64,000 nt of DNA from Guillardia theta CCMP2712 (lineage: Eukaryota > Protista > Cryptophyta), in the NCBI RefSeq assembly GCF_000315625.1, contig NW_005434597.1:253610-317609 (forward strand), given 5' to 3'. The translations under genes and the position numbers were made by a program. Every line of letters starts with the position of its first letter. Positions within the stretch are counted from its first letter, which is position 1. Under the pieces are notes generated by a model that did no database searches, was not told where the DNA came from, and saw only the letters and a list, made by a program, of their open reading frames with translations. This document shows positions 42,001 through 57,612 of this stretch, in pieces.

Positions 42001-44359
42001 TGTCTCAGGTACTTTCAGAAGGACCTCAACACTGGCTGGGGAGCCGAAGGATGGTTCCCGTCCTCATATGCAGCCTCCGTCCACGTAAGTGCCCTACTGA
42101 GCCGCCTTGCGCTGAGAACTCTATGGCAGGAGATTCATCATTGGAGGTCCAAGAACGTCCGAGTACAGCAGGACGTGCATGGAGAGAAGACAACAGTCAC
42201 TGAGCTGCCCTCAGGCGATGTAAGTCAAGGCAGCCGCCATGGCCTTAGCGCCAGCCCTCTCACTTTGATCGCAGGTGCTGTACAGGGGGCCCAAGGAACC
42301 GTGCGTCGTCCACTGGTTTGCCCCCACCTCCTCTTAGCAGTTTTCCCAAGTCTTGTCATAATAAAACTGATAGACCTGCATACCCCTGGCCTCCCGCGAG
42401 CTCCTTGGCGAGCGAAACAAACTTGTCAAAGAGATCAATTTTGCGACAGGGGGATAACCTGTGTTAGGGTGAGAGATGGAGAAGAGGGTGGGAGGAGAAG
42501 CAAGAAGAGGACGAGGAGAAAGAAGATGAGGACGAGGAGAACGAAGACGAGGAGGATAGGGGCTCATAGAGACTGTTGTTCCTTGCCTCGTCCTTGCCAT
42601 CGTGCATGTTTATGATAAGTTGAACTCAAAACCATGGATCCGACTTCTATCTTGAGCTTCCTCGGACGAGACGAGCTGGTTACGAGGTAACTCCTTGCGA
42701 GAGGATGAAGAAGATCCAACGGTGTGCAAGTTTGCAGGCGCAGGTGGAGCAGACGGAGGGTCGCCTGCAGGAAGCGGAGAAGAGAATAGAGGAGGCGCTG
42801 GGACAGGCCAGGGAAGCTGAGGAGAGGTATCAGATATGCCGGACAGCCCTGAGCGCCGCCATGTCGGGATGGTTGTGATGCCATGAGCTGAGGTCCCGGC
42901 ATGTGAAGTTTGTTCGCAGGTCGGACGATCATGGGGTTCATGGGCCGCTGGTGGATGATTTACAGGCGACCAAGTTGGAGAACAACGCGCTCAAGGCACA
43001 AGTGATGAAGTTACAAGATGAGTTACTGTCATCGGTCAACTTGCACCTGCACCTGTCGAAGCTGCTTCAAAGTTGTCTGAGTGTGTGCGACGAGGTGGCG
43101 ATGGAGTGCAGGGAGTTGAGGGGGAACGTCGTCGAGTTTGAGAGCTCTGTGCGACGAGCGCTGGTGGAAATGTCGGGAGAGAGCGAAGCTGACGCGTCAG
43201 CCATGCAGACCGGCTCGCTGGTGAGCCACGTGGAGAGGAGGATGGCCGAGCTCGAGGCGATCATGGTGGTGGAGCTGCAGCAGTGGCAAGAGAAACTAGA
43301 GGAGGAGCGGGAGACGAACGCTTTTGCGATGAGGAAGGCGAGAGAGAGGACCGAGACCTTGTGGAAGGAAAGGAGGAGGAGGAGCCTCCTCAGGGGATGT
43401 CTCTCATGCTGGAACGGATTGGCAGGTGTGTCAAGAGCGAAACGAGCGATCGCCGGTAGGTTGAGGAGTCGCGCGAGCACGAGTGTTGTCAAGTCGAGGT
43501 TCAGCCGGTGGATGCTGGTGACCTGGGAGGAGGTGGAGATGAAGAGGAGGCAGGTGTCAGCGCGCAAGAGGAGAGCCTGGAGGGAGTGGAGGGAAGGGAC
43601 GAGTCATTCTGTGAGGAAGGGGATGGGCATGGTGAAGCTGCGGGGGTGGAGGGGCAAAACTCTCCTCTCCTCTTCATTCGAGACCTGGCATGACTTGGTC
43701 CTCGACATCAGGAGCATCGGCAGTGTTCTCATGGTTCGCAAGACCCTCCGAGCATGGAGAAACTTCGTTGAACGATGGCGCTGGTTGGAGGAGGTTGTCA
43801 AGAGTGGGGGGTCGTCCTCAACGGCTCCTCCTTCAGCCTCAAGTGGTCGGGTAGATAGAGGCTGCCTCCCTGCCCTCTCTGCTACCTTCCTTGCCTGGAA
43901 GACCCACCACAAGACCTTCGCGGCTGCTGAGGGCATCCTTGCTCTCGATCCTCTGACTCTCGATGAGCAAGGCTGGCGCTCAAAACTCTCCAGCATCGTC
44001 GCCGACCTCGAACTTCCGACACACCTCCACTCGCTCCTCCTCTTCTTCGTCCTCAAGACTCGCTCGTCCGACAGGTTCCTCCTTTCCCCTCAATTCCCTC
44101 TCGCTACCTGCTGACTCTCATCAGCTGGAGCTTGTTCCTCGCCTTCGGAGCATGGAGGGTTCAGAGCATGAGAGGGAGAACGGTAACTTGTGTGTTTGCC
44201 TGCTTGCCCTGGTTGACGTGCCGCTAGTCAAACCTGCTGACGCGCATGGAGGAGTTGCAGAGGAAATTGCAAGAGGAGGTCACGTCCAAGATGGCTGTGG
44301 AGAAACTCCTCAGTAACTTTTCCACCGTACAGCAAGCACTTGCTCCTTTCCATTCTTGA
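39044..44359 (+). CDS. Large protein: armadillo repeats, three copies of an unrecognised ~115-aa domain, SH3-like domain, coiled coil, W/R-rich Sfi1-like tail
   Basis: ARM motifs (AAAAIGNLS, ALAALSNLT, AAGIVRNLA); EWxxxNGW..AGKTD..FPWA three times; GWFPSSY; continuity across the later exons is inferred. Confidence 0.65.
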
Positions 44360-44459
44360 NNNNNNNNNNNNNNNNNNNNNNNNNNNNNNNNNNNNNNNNN
44401 NNNNNNNNNNNNNNNNNNNNNNNNNNNNNNNNNNNNNNNNNNNNNNNNNNNNNNNNNNN
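44360..44459. other. Assembly gap (100 N)
   Basis: Run of N. Confidence 1.
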
Positions 44460-44801
44460 GAGATAGATTGATGGTGAGAAGAGGAGGGAGAGGGGGGACG
44501 AGAGGAGCAGTATGGCAGACGATATGATAAGATCTCGTGACAAACCCAACAAACTCGAGTGAAGATTGTTTTTTCTCACTCTCAGGTCAAACCAGGGTAG
44601 ATGGCAGTTCACAAGGGTGATAGTATAGTTGCTGATGGAGTTAGAGTCGGAGTTGGAGTTGATGATGATATAGATGATGACGACAACACAAACACGACGA
44701 TAATGTCTCAGATTATGAGACTTTCTTGTTCCTTCACTCACTCCCTCTCTCCAGGCATGGAAGCACTTCAATCCTTGTGAAAGTTTTGGCCGAGTTTGAC
44801 C

Positions 44802-47800
44802 ATGGGAGCAATGAGATCGTTTTCTATTATCGTGAGTATCCTGTTCGTGACATGGCGCCCAATCAGCGTCTCCACTCGTCCTTCAGCGTCCCCTCACAGC
44901 TTCCGTGTTGCCATCGCAAACCCGCATTCACTGTCTACTACATCAGAGACCCTTCATCCTTCTCATCCTCCTCCTCCATCTCTTATCCCCCCCCGTCCTC
45001 CTTCCCGCACAGCCGGGTCACTGAGACTGAGAGGAGGCGACGCTAGCGACGAGAGCCACCTCTACACCTACAGGGCCCTCGAGGTCCTGGAACGTGCCCA
45101 GTCGAAGGCGAAGGTGTACAAGAACCCGGAGCTGACCCCCGTGCACATCGTTGTGGTGATGCTGGAGGACAAGAAGGGGATCGGGCGGGAGATCCTGGCG
45201 AGCGCTACGAACGAGGAGCGGAAGAACGACGTGCTGGAGCTGGTGACAAAGAGTCTAGAGCGATGGCTCGCCAACCATCGGACTGATCGGGCAGCGGCTG
45301 GGGAGGAGCTGAACATCAGCCCGAGGCTGCAGAACCTGCTGTACAAGGCGGTCAACGACATGAAGGGAGAGAAAGTAGACGTTTTCGAGCTGTTCCTCTT
45401 GTCAGTCGAGATGGACGACGTGGTGAGGTCAGCGCTGGAGGAAGCGGGGGTGAACCCGAACAAGCTGTCGGGGGCGGCGAGGAGGCTCAAGGCTGTCAAG
45501 AGCGAGCAGAGCTTCACTGAGCTAGAGAAGTACTCAAAGGACTTGATCGCCGAGGCCCGTGCAGGGAAGTTGGACCCTGTGATCGGAAGGGAGGACGAGA
45601 TCCGAAGGCTGGTCCAGATCCTCTGCAGGCGGACCAAGAACAACCCAGTGCTAGTGGGTGAGCCAGGAGTAGGGAAGACGGCGATCGTGGAGGGGCTGGC
45701 GCAGCGGATTCTTGACGGGGATGTAGCGAGCACGCTGAGGGAGTGCAAGCTGTTCACGCTCGACTTCGGGTCGCTGGTGGCCAACACGGCGTTCCGAGGG
45801 AACTTCGAGCAGAGGATGCGCGACATCCTGGAGGAGATCGAGAAGTCGGAAGGTAAGGTGATCCTCTTCATCGACGAGCTTCACCTGCTCATCGGCGCGG
45901 GGAACGAGAAAGGGGAGATGGACGCGGCGAACCTGCTGAAGCCAGCGCTTGCTCGGGGCCAGATCCGGTGCATCGGGGCCACCACCTACGACGAGTACAG
46001 GAAGTACATCGAGAGCGACGGGGCGCTGGAGCGGAGGTTTCAGATGATCCACGTGGGAGAGCCGAGCGTGCAGGACGCGATTTCCATCCTGAGGGGGGTC
46101 AAGGAGAAGTTCGAGGCCCACCATGGCGTGCGGATCTCGGACGCGGCGCTGGTGCAGGCGTGTGAGCTGAGCTCGCGGTACATCACCATGCGCTTCCTCC
46201 CCGACAAGGCCATTGACCTGGTGGACGAGGCCTGCTCTTCCATCCGCGTCCAGCTGGACTCGAAGCCGGAGGAGATCGACAGGCTCGAGAGGCGTCGGCT
46301 GCAGCTGGACGTAGAGCTGAGGGTTCTCAGGAAGGACCTCAACGACCCCTCGTCCGCCCTCCGCGCGGCTGAGATCCAGGCGCAGGTCGACAGGATCAAC
46401 ATGGAGCTGGGGCCTCTGCAGGCAGCGTACAAGGAGGAGAGGTTCAGGAGGAGGAGGCTGCACGACCTACGCCAGCAGATCGAACAGACGAAGCTGAGCA
46501 TCTCGGAGCTGGAGCGGCGCTACCTCCTCGACCGAGTCGCCGAGCTCAAGTACGACGTGCTCCCTGCCCTGCAGCAGGAGCTTCAGAACCTGACGGCCTC
46601 GAGCGCGGGCTCCCTCCCGATCTTCTCCGGTGAGGTGGTGGGTCCGGACGAGGTTCGTTCCATCGTGTCTCGCTGGACGGGCATCCCTGTTGCCCGGCTG
46701 GGGAAGACGGAGAGGAGCCGGTTGCTGGAGCTCAAGTCAGAGATCCGAAAGCGAGTGGTCGGGCAGGAGGAAGCGGTTGACGCGGTGAGCACGGCGATCC
46801 TCCGGTCGAGGGTTGGGATCTCTCCTGTGAGACTCCCGTCCTGCTCTGCTCTCTTCCTAGGGCCCACGGGCGTCGGCAAGACTGAATTGAGGTGAGAAGC
46901 TCTGCTCCCGCTCTTTTCTCTCCCAAACTGGGACCCCATCATCATCACTACCACATCCACCTCCCCCTCCTCCTCGTCCTCTTCCACCTTCTCCTCCTTG
47001 ACCTCCTCCTTCTTCTTCTCCTTCTCCTCCTTCATGTCCTATTCCTCGCTCTTCTTCTGGTTTATCACATCTTACTGTTTCCCTTCCCCACATCATTCAT
47101 ACCAATCTCTCCTCCTTTCGCCCCCCCCTCCTCCTCCTCCACCCTTGGTATGTCCTGCCCTCCTCCTTTCCTGCCCTCCTCCCTCCTCCCTCCTCTTTCA
47201 TACCTCAACCCCGACAAATGATGCACGGATTCCTTCCTCCTTCATTATAGCAATCCTTGGTGTCTCCACTCATCTGCACCCCTTCTCGGTCATTGTCCAC
47301 CATTCCGCCTAACAGCTGAACGGAGGGGATGGAAGACAGGACTTTCTGGGACCGACCGCATCCCCACAACAGGAAAGTGTCACAGGATCTTCACGCAGTC
47401 CTCTNNNNNNNNNNNNNNNNNNNNNNNNNNNNNNNNNNNNNNNNNNNNNNNNNNNNNNNNNNNNNNNNNNNNNNNNNNNNNNNNNNNNNNNNNNNNNNNN
47501 NNNNTGAGACCATCAGGATTTCCATAAAAACGATAAAACTATGAGACCGACCGCTTTGAAGAAATAGGAATAAACTTCGGTGTGGCAGACAGTTAGAGGT
47601 GCCGTTAGTTGAGGTGGCGGAGGAGGAGGAGGAGAACGGAAAAGAAGTGAAGAGTGGACTTGGGCTTATCAAGGCGCGCAGGTTCTGGACGACGGGAGGC
47701 TGACGGACGGCAAGGGCAAGGTTGTCGACTTTGCAAACACCATCATCATCATGACCTCCAACATTGGATCTCAACATCTCGCGGAAGAAGGATCGGTACC

Positions 47801-49120
47801 GCCTGCACCTCTTCGTTGACCTCGCCTCCCCTCCCTCCTCCTCCACTTCGTGTAGCTCCTCCTCCTCCCCCATCGCCTTCCTTCGCGTCCTCCCCGGGTC
47901 CGCAGCCTCCTACTCACCCTCGTTGTCCCTCTTTCTCCTCCTCTTCCTCCTGATTCTCATTGGTTCCAAGGTGGACGAGAAATGCCGGCAGCTAGTCATG
48001 CGAGAGTTGAAGTCCTTTCTCCGCCCGGAGTTTCTCAACAGAATCGACGACGTCGTGATCTTCAAACGGCTGGGCATCTCACAGCTCCGGTGAGGAGGAG
48101 GAGACGAGGGACAGGAAGGGCAATGGGAAGGAGGATGGGGGACAGAGAGAAGACGAGGGCGAGGACGAGGATGCGGACAGGAAGTGAAGGTAGAGAGAAG
48201 GATGAAGGACACTAGGAACAAAGGGGAAGAAGAGGAGAGAAGGAGACGAGGATGAAGAGAGAGGAGGAGAGGAGGATGAAGAGAGAGGAGGAGAGGAGGA
48301 TGAAGAGAGAGGAGGAGAGGAGGATGAAGAGAGAGGAGGAGAGGAGGATGAAGAGAGAGGAGGAGAGGAGGATGAAGAGAGAGGAGGAGAGGAGGATGAA
48401 GAGAGAGGAGGAGAGGAGGATGAAGAGAGAAGAGGAGAGGAGGATGAAGAGAGAGGAGGAGAGGAGGATGAAGAGAGAGGAGGAGGAGAGGAGGAGAGGA
48501 GGAGAGGAGGAGAGGAGGAGAGTGCTGGGAGGGTAGAGGGTCTGACTGGGAGCAGGGAGGTGGCAAGGAAGCTGGTGCGTGAGATGGCTGAGCCGCTAAA
48601 GGAGGAGCACAAGCTCGAGCTCTCCTGCTCAGACGCGGCGCTGGACCTCATCGTCTCCCAGGCCTACGACCCGGCGTATGGCGCACGGCCGATCCGAAGG
48701 TGAGGGGAGCGGAGCGGAGAGGAGAAGGGAGGGGAGGGGAGCAGAAAGGAGGACAGGACAGGACAGGGGAAGCGAGGGAAGGAGAGTGGAGAGAAGGGGA
48801 GGGGAGGATAGGCAAGAGCATGAGGCAGGAAGCGGAGAGGGAGGATGTTGAAGTACATGTGAGGACGGGGGCACGGGACAAGGAAGAATATGGAGGAAGG
48901 AGCGAAGGAGACGAGGGGGCAAGAGGCGGAGGAGGAGGTGACGCAAGCTTGCAGGTATCTCTACAAGATCGTGGGGACGCAGCTCGCGTACCACATGGTG
49001 GAGCAGAAGGAGCTGCATGGATCGACGGTGACGATCGACGAAGAGGGGGGTCAGCTCAAGATTCACTTCGAGAAGCCCGAGGACGAACAGATGTCAGCGG
49101 CTGACGACGGGGGAGCTTAA
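44802..49120 (+). CDS. clpB: ClpB/Hsp101 AAA+ disaggregase with N-terminal signal peptide and presequence
   Basis: [51 protein letters not shown], middle coiled coil, [29 protein letters not shown] and YGARP; part of NBD2 is missing around the gap. Confidence 0.93.
47405..47504. other. Assembly gap (100 N) inside clpB
   Basis: Run of N. Confidence 1.
48251..48490. repeat. 24-bp purine-rich minisatellite (GATGAAGAGAGAGGAGGAGAGGAG) about 10 copies, in a clpB intron
   Basis: Near-perfect tandem array. Confidence 0.95.
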
Positions 49121-49231
49121 CTTCATCGCGTTTGTAATCTGAGAATGAATATCGACGAGCAGCAAAAGACAGAACTTGCTCTATCCCGCCTCCTCCTTGG
49201 AGGAGGAGAGGGAGGGGGAGGAGAAGGAGTT

Positions 49232-52132
<2,901 letters not shown>

Positions 52133-52943
52133 TGCACACCCCGAATACCCTACCCCACCCTACATGATGTCCTGGAACACCCCACCCTCCAGTGCACCTA
52201 CCCTGCCCTACCATTGTCTACCCTACCCTACTAGCAAAACCTTTGATAGCCACCCCATCCCCACAAAACCAAAAGTCTGAACCCTAACCCTCCCATTTCT
52301 CTTTCAGTACCCTACCATAGTCCATGAAGTACCCACCACCCACCATATCAATCTCCATCCACCCACCATTATTCAGCATCAACACCTTTACCCACCCCTA
52401 CGTACCCCACCCACTTCAGCTAATTCCCACTACCCCTTCAAATACAGAATCCACCCTTGCCCACCTCCCAACCCCCCCACTGCTGAGGATTTTGGTGGCC
52501 TACTACCCCCTACACGTGCCCGCCCATGAACCCCCTTGATTCACCCATTCAACAACTTGGACGCAGGGGTGGGGTACTCCAAGCTCTGGCCGCAGTACAG
52601 TCAGTGGCTCTGAGTAAGTTGACCCGGTCCGACGGCGTCCGACCGGGCCCGGCGGAGGGCCGGCCCGGGGGGCCCGACTGGGCCCGGAACTTGCCGCAGT
52701 GCAACGCCGGGCACTCAGTGCACCGTGCTGGGTGCCCGCAGCAGGGACAGGCTCCGGGCCGGGCCGGAACCGTGAGCGGCACCGGGCGGTGACTCCCCGG
52801 CGGCCCGGCGGCGGCCCCGGCGGGACCGTACACGGTCCGGACTTGCCAGAACCTTCACAACTTGAAGTGACTCCCGACTCGCAGTTCACATCTTTACTCA
52901 CTACTATGACACTTTCAAGGTGGCTATCTCCGTCTCCGCTTCC

Positions 52944-54748
52944 TCATGAGCAACAACCCTGCGGCATGGCGTAAGTTTCCCCGGCAGCAAACTTTCCGAC
53001 GCCGGGTGCACAATAAGATAAAGAACTAGTGAAATAACCTCGCGAGTTGTCCTCGCGCCCTGACAGCTTTCCGCGAGCCGAGTACGATGAACCCGTCAGG
53101 GACGAGGTAGACAGTCTGCCAGGAGGTGAGAAGCCGCAGGGCAACGATAGGAGCTGACCAGGCCCTTCTGGTTCTTCAGGACGACTGTTGTGAACTTGTC
53201 ACCTCGGCCGTCCGCCTCGCTGAAGTCGACCAAGAACGACCACCTGGCGAGTCAAGCTAAGACATGAGGCAGCGTGGGGCGCGAGCGTTCACCCTTGCAA
53301 GGACGAGTGAAACTGCGGGCCTGCTGACCGCTTCGATTTCCTCGAGCCCAGCTCACTCCACTCCACTCCTTCCCCCTTGCCAAAGAGCCGCCAGGTTCTC
53401 ACCGTCCCAGCCTCGTCTCTCGACAGCCTCTCGATCACATGGGGGAGGTGCCAGGAGGTCGCGTTGAAAGATCCCTCGTTGTTCACCCTCTGCACGTGGG
53501 CCGTGTTGGTGGAGTCCAGCTCATGATCCCAAGTTTGACAAGTCGTCTGGAAGTGAAACCCCCCCTGGTCAGCCGTGACAACTTCCAGGAACATGCTCCT
53601 GTCGGATAGGAATAAGATCAGCACTCTCTTTCCTAGAGTCGCTCCAGCCTCTCCTGTGCCCAGAGCAGTCATGTGAAGCTACCATTTGCGCATGGCGACT
53701 TACCTACGGCCATGAAGTACCTCCAGTGAAGATCCTTCGGAACAGCCTTCGCTCCTTGCTGCGAGTTGGAAGGACGATGGTGGGCGTTTTGGTGTGCTTC
53801 CACTCCCAGAAGTGGAGGGGAGATGACTTTGCTGCCCTCTCCAGTCCCTTCTCCCACGTATACCTTCCGCGCTAGTCAACCATGGGGGACGAAGAGCTTT
53901 CAAACTCACCTGAACTACATCTTGAGGGCAGTAGATAGTGACCCCGAACCTCCATGGAGCTGAGGATGGGATACCCTCGGTATGAGGGAGCTCGCATGAC
54001 CCAAGCAGCCTCCACTTCCCCTCGAGGTGCTTGTACATACTGACCTCCCTTCTAGGAACGTCCAGTACGAGCTTGACCACGTCCCCTACGTCAAACCCGT
54101 GATGCTTGATGAAATGCGCATGGATCTGACAGGGCTGCGTCAGCAAGGATGGGAGCAAGAGATGATGTGGCTGACGTTGTGAAGGATGCTCGCACGTTCT
54201 CGGGGATCATTGACATGCATGTCGGCAAGGTCCAGGTCCGTCAGGTTGTAGAGCTTCCTGCCATCAATCCCCAGGCGGCGGAATGTCGCGATCAAACTCT
54301 TCATCCCCCAGCGGGCCAGGAGCTCTTCGACATCCTTCTCACTGTATTGGTAGAGTTGGTGTAGCTGCTGCACATTCACGTATTGCGTGTTGGGGTAGAA
54401 GGGATATCGTTTCTCTCTCCCTCTTGATCGGGCCCCCTCCACCCACCGGACATACGCCATGCCCCTGCCCCATCCCACGCCAGCGTTGCGCTCACCAAAG
54501 GCTGTGGCGAGCACAGACGTACAACCATCCTGCACTGTCCCGACAAAAATCCCTCCCTTGTTGTCCGTCGAACCTCCCATAATCCGGAAGATTGCATGGC
54601 CAACAGTTGCATCGAAGGATTTCCTTGACAAGACACTGCACAGCTGAGCTTGAAACTTGCTTTCCGCCAAGCTTACTTCAACCCAGCCAGAGCCCAGCTC
54701 GCGCAGAGAGAGGAAGGGATGCCTTCGCTTGTTGTCGAGGCTGGCCAT
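52944..54748 (-). CDS. SPRY/B30.2-like protein with an inserted SAM domain (ends approximate)
   Basis: GIFVGTV...GWG and GFDVGDVVKLVLD..REVSMYK..WRFGVTIY flank the SAM-like YSEKDVEELLARWGMKSLIATFRRLGIDGRKLYNLTDLDLADMHV. Confidence 0.6.
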
Positions 54749-55231
54749 CCATACATATCAGGCTCGAAGCACATCGAGAGCCAAGGTTGAGGAAGAGTAG
54801 TGAAGGAGAAGAGACGGAGGAACTCTTCTCGATGGTCCAGATATGCACGTCAAGGTCTCATCGCGGTCAGAGCTGCATGTCAACTACCCCTACTGTCGCT
54901 CCCCTCCCCCCTCCCAACCCAAGTGATAGATAACGGCCGTCAACAGGGCCAACTTGCTATCATTGGGCAAAGGGCCTGGCCGGCCCGCCGGCCGCCGGGA
55001 AACCACCGTGGCACCGGGCAGCCTGCTAGTTCACTCAAAGTTAAAAGTTTACAAGGGGAGTCACTCAAGGTTAGGCCTGCCAGGCTACTATGGTATTGCT
55101 CAAACACTGACTCGGAGTACGGTAAGGTGCAACTTGAATCAGTAGTACGAGGGATCTCTTTATTCACGTTCAAGTTTACTTCAGTTCAATCACAATGAAC
55201 GTGCTTCAGTTGGCTCTACTAACTTACTAAG

Positions 55232-56724
55232 TTAAACCTGAGGCTGAGTGTCAGGCTGGGCCTTCATCTCGAAGGCAGCGGGAGCCTGACCGGCCGAAGG
55301 TTTCTTCATCATCAGAATCACGGCACAGATCACCGCGACGAAGAAGCAAAGGGAAGCGAAGAGAGTGATGGTGATCTGGACCCGTCAAGACTCAGTCGGA
55401 GGAGGGGGGCGGACAGGGAGCAGGAGGGACATACCTGTGTCTGCAGCTGGATGTTGTCCTTGACCATGTCATAGGTCTTCTCGTACCCCATCATGTCAGG
55501 GGTATACTGTAACTTCCACTGCGATGAAAAAAAGTCAAGAGGCAAGGCATGCAAGGCCTACCAAGGAGCAACAAGTACCTTGCCATTCACACACACGCGC
55601 GGCCTTCCGGTCCCGGTACAAGTCTTGTCTCCATGTTTACAACTGAGAGCCATGATCAGGTGCTGGGATGAAGGTAGAGGACAGTATCACTCGTAACACT
55701 CGTTGTCTTCGCAATGACCCATCCAGTCAATCACACTGGTGGTGAAGGAGAAACTGCGAACCATCATACGTTCAGAGAAGTGCAATGATCAAGTCGAAAC
55801 ATACCCGCCTTTGGACATCGTGCTTTCATACTCCGTTTCTAGTTTGTCAATTTCCGTGCCCGCTGCTTTACACCCTCCAGCATCATCCACAAATTTGCTC
55901 TTTACGCCCTGAGATCACAACGTCAGGGTATGATGTACATCCTATCAACATTGAATTGTTGCTGAGTGAGTACCGGAAAGCAGAATGTAGCCGTTTTGTA
56001 ACTGTTTCCTGTCACATAAGATTCTGTTGCACATTTCTGGCCACTGCATTGATCGAATCATGATATATATCGACACAAGCATTGCGCACGCTTACTCGTA
56101 ATTTAAGCATTTCACGGTCTCGGATTGTTGAAATGCATTGCTTTCAAAGTTGCCGCAGAATCGATTCTTGTTGCTCTCATGAAACCTGAACTGTGACTCA
56201 TACGATACTTTGCTGAAAGCACATGGTAAGTCAGATTGACAGCAGACATCATTCAGTGGAAAGTCTCACTCGTAGACTGAGGTGATGACGTCGTTCCTGA
56301 TAGTAGTCGATGGCACGCAAAAGTCGTAGTCCTTTGACAGCTCTCGCTTCTTGCAGACGCTTCTGATTTTGTAATTCTTCATCACGTCATAGTACGTCGA
56401 AATCTTGTTGGAGAATTCCTCTTTGTAAGCAGCAGCAGTTGTTTTGATTGCGCTTTCCACCATATATAGAGAGAAATCGTTTGCACAATACTCATTCAAG
56501 TCACAGTCACAGTCTGAGTTGCACTGCACGCACACACCCGAGTACGTGGTTCCCTTGACAGCAGAGCTGGTAGTGGTCATGCCTGAGTCGTTCCAGATGA
56601 TCTTGCAGTAGGGGTAGCTCTTATCTGTGCAATCAGCTTGTTTGCTGCATGCGGTGTAGGTATACTCGGCAGAGACGCTGACGAGGAGGAGGGAGAGGAG
56701 GAGAGGTATCATTCCCGCGCGCAT
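55232..56724 (-). CDS. Cys-rich secreted/type I membrane protein
   Basis: Signal MRAGMIPLLLSLLLVSVSA; CVQCNSDCDCDLNEYC; C-terminal TM ITLFASLCFFVAVICAVILMM followed by a short tail ending QPQV*. Confidence 0.7.
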
Positions 56725-57505
56725 GGTCGCCGGCGTGCCTCCACAACACGTTCACCAGCCCCGCTCTCCTTTTCCTCGGAAATCCTCCCGGTTGAAAGGG
56801 GGTGGGTGGCTGTGGGTGCTTGTCATGTTGTGTACTGGGGAGGGGAGGGTGGGGCTAGGGAGAAGTGGGGGTGGTAATAGTAGAAAGGAGGGGTGGAGAT
56901 GTTTAGTTAACTGCGCTAAAGGGGTCGTAACAATGCCACACCCCTTGACATGGTCCCTTGCCACTCCCGGGGGTCCGTCTGTTGCCCACGGTGCAATACA
57001 ATAGGACCAGGTCCAATACCACGCTACACTTTAGGTCCTAGTATCCTATTGTGAGAGCCTCGCGCCATGATTCAAACACTCAAACTGACTTCAACGGTCG
57101 TAACAAACCGTTAAGCATCAACTGTGAACGGCCACCAGTGCCACCTCACTCCCAGTCCGATCCGACAGCACCCCGTTCTGGCACTGCATGAGGGGGGGTG
57201 GATGGGGGTAGGGGTTGGATATGACCAGTCACACTGATGGAGGCAGATACACCTGACAACTTTCAACTTTTAACGTTCACGGTTGTTTTCCCCCTACCCT
57301 TGCTTTTACTGGCAATCCCCGCCCCATAACGGCCCCGTCCGATCCTAGGACCCACTGCCATTTGTCCTAGTACTGTGCGGTACTAGTGACCATCGGACTG
57401 GTCGGGGACCGCTATAGTACCGTACCGCGTACCGCGCCGCGTGAGTCAGTACCGTAGCCCGTGCGGGTAGTGGCCAGGCAGTACCGGTGGTCACAGTGCT
57501 GTTCT

Positions 57506-57612
57506 TTTACTCAAAGTGAAGTTAAAAAATCAGTACGTTCTACCGTCGTACTACAACTCGGACTCTCCTGATTGTCAGGCTCGTACTGATTTTTAACTTA
57601 ACTTTGAGTAAA
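57506..57612. repeat. Inverted pair of the 30-bp motif (57506-57536 reverse complement / 57583-57612) with a ~45-bp spacer
   Basis: TTTACTCAAAGTGAAGTTAAAAAATCAGTAC ... GTACTGATTTTTAACTTAACTTTGAGTAAA. Confidence 0.85.

Noticed and set aside
45068-46501. Long antisense ORFs (267, 270 and 153 aa) opposite clpB
   Set aside because: Expected shadows of a GC3-rich coding strand
48252-48536. (MKREEERR)n ORF
   Set aside because: Intronic 24-bp minisatellite between the clpB exons ...ISQLR and ...EVARKLV
52278-52292. Telomere-like ACCCTAACCCT
   Set aside because: Fewer than two full units within a C-rich island; not an array
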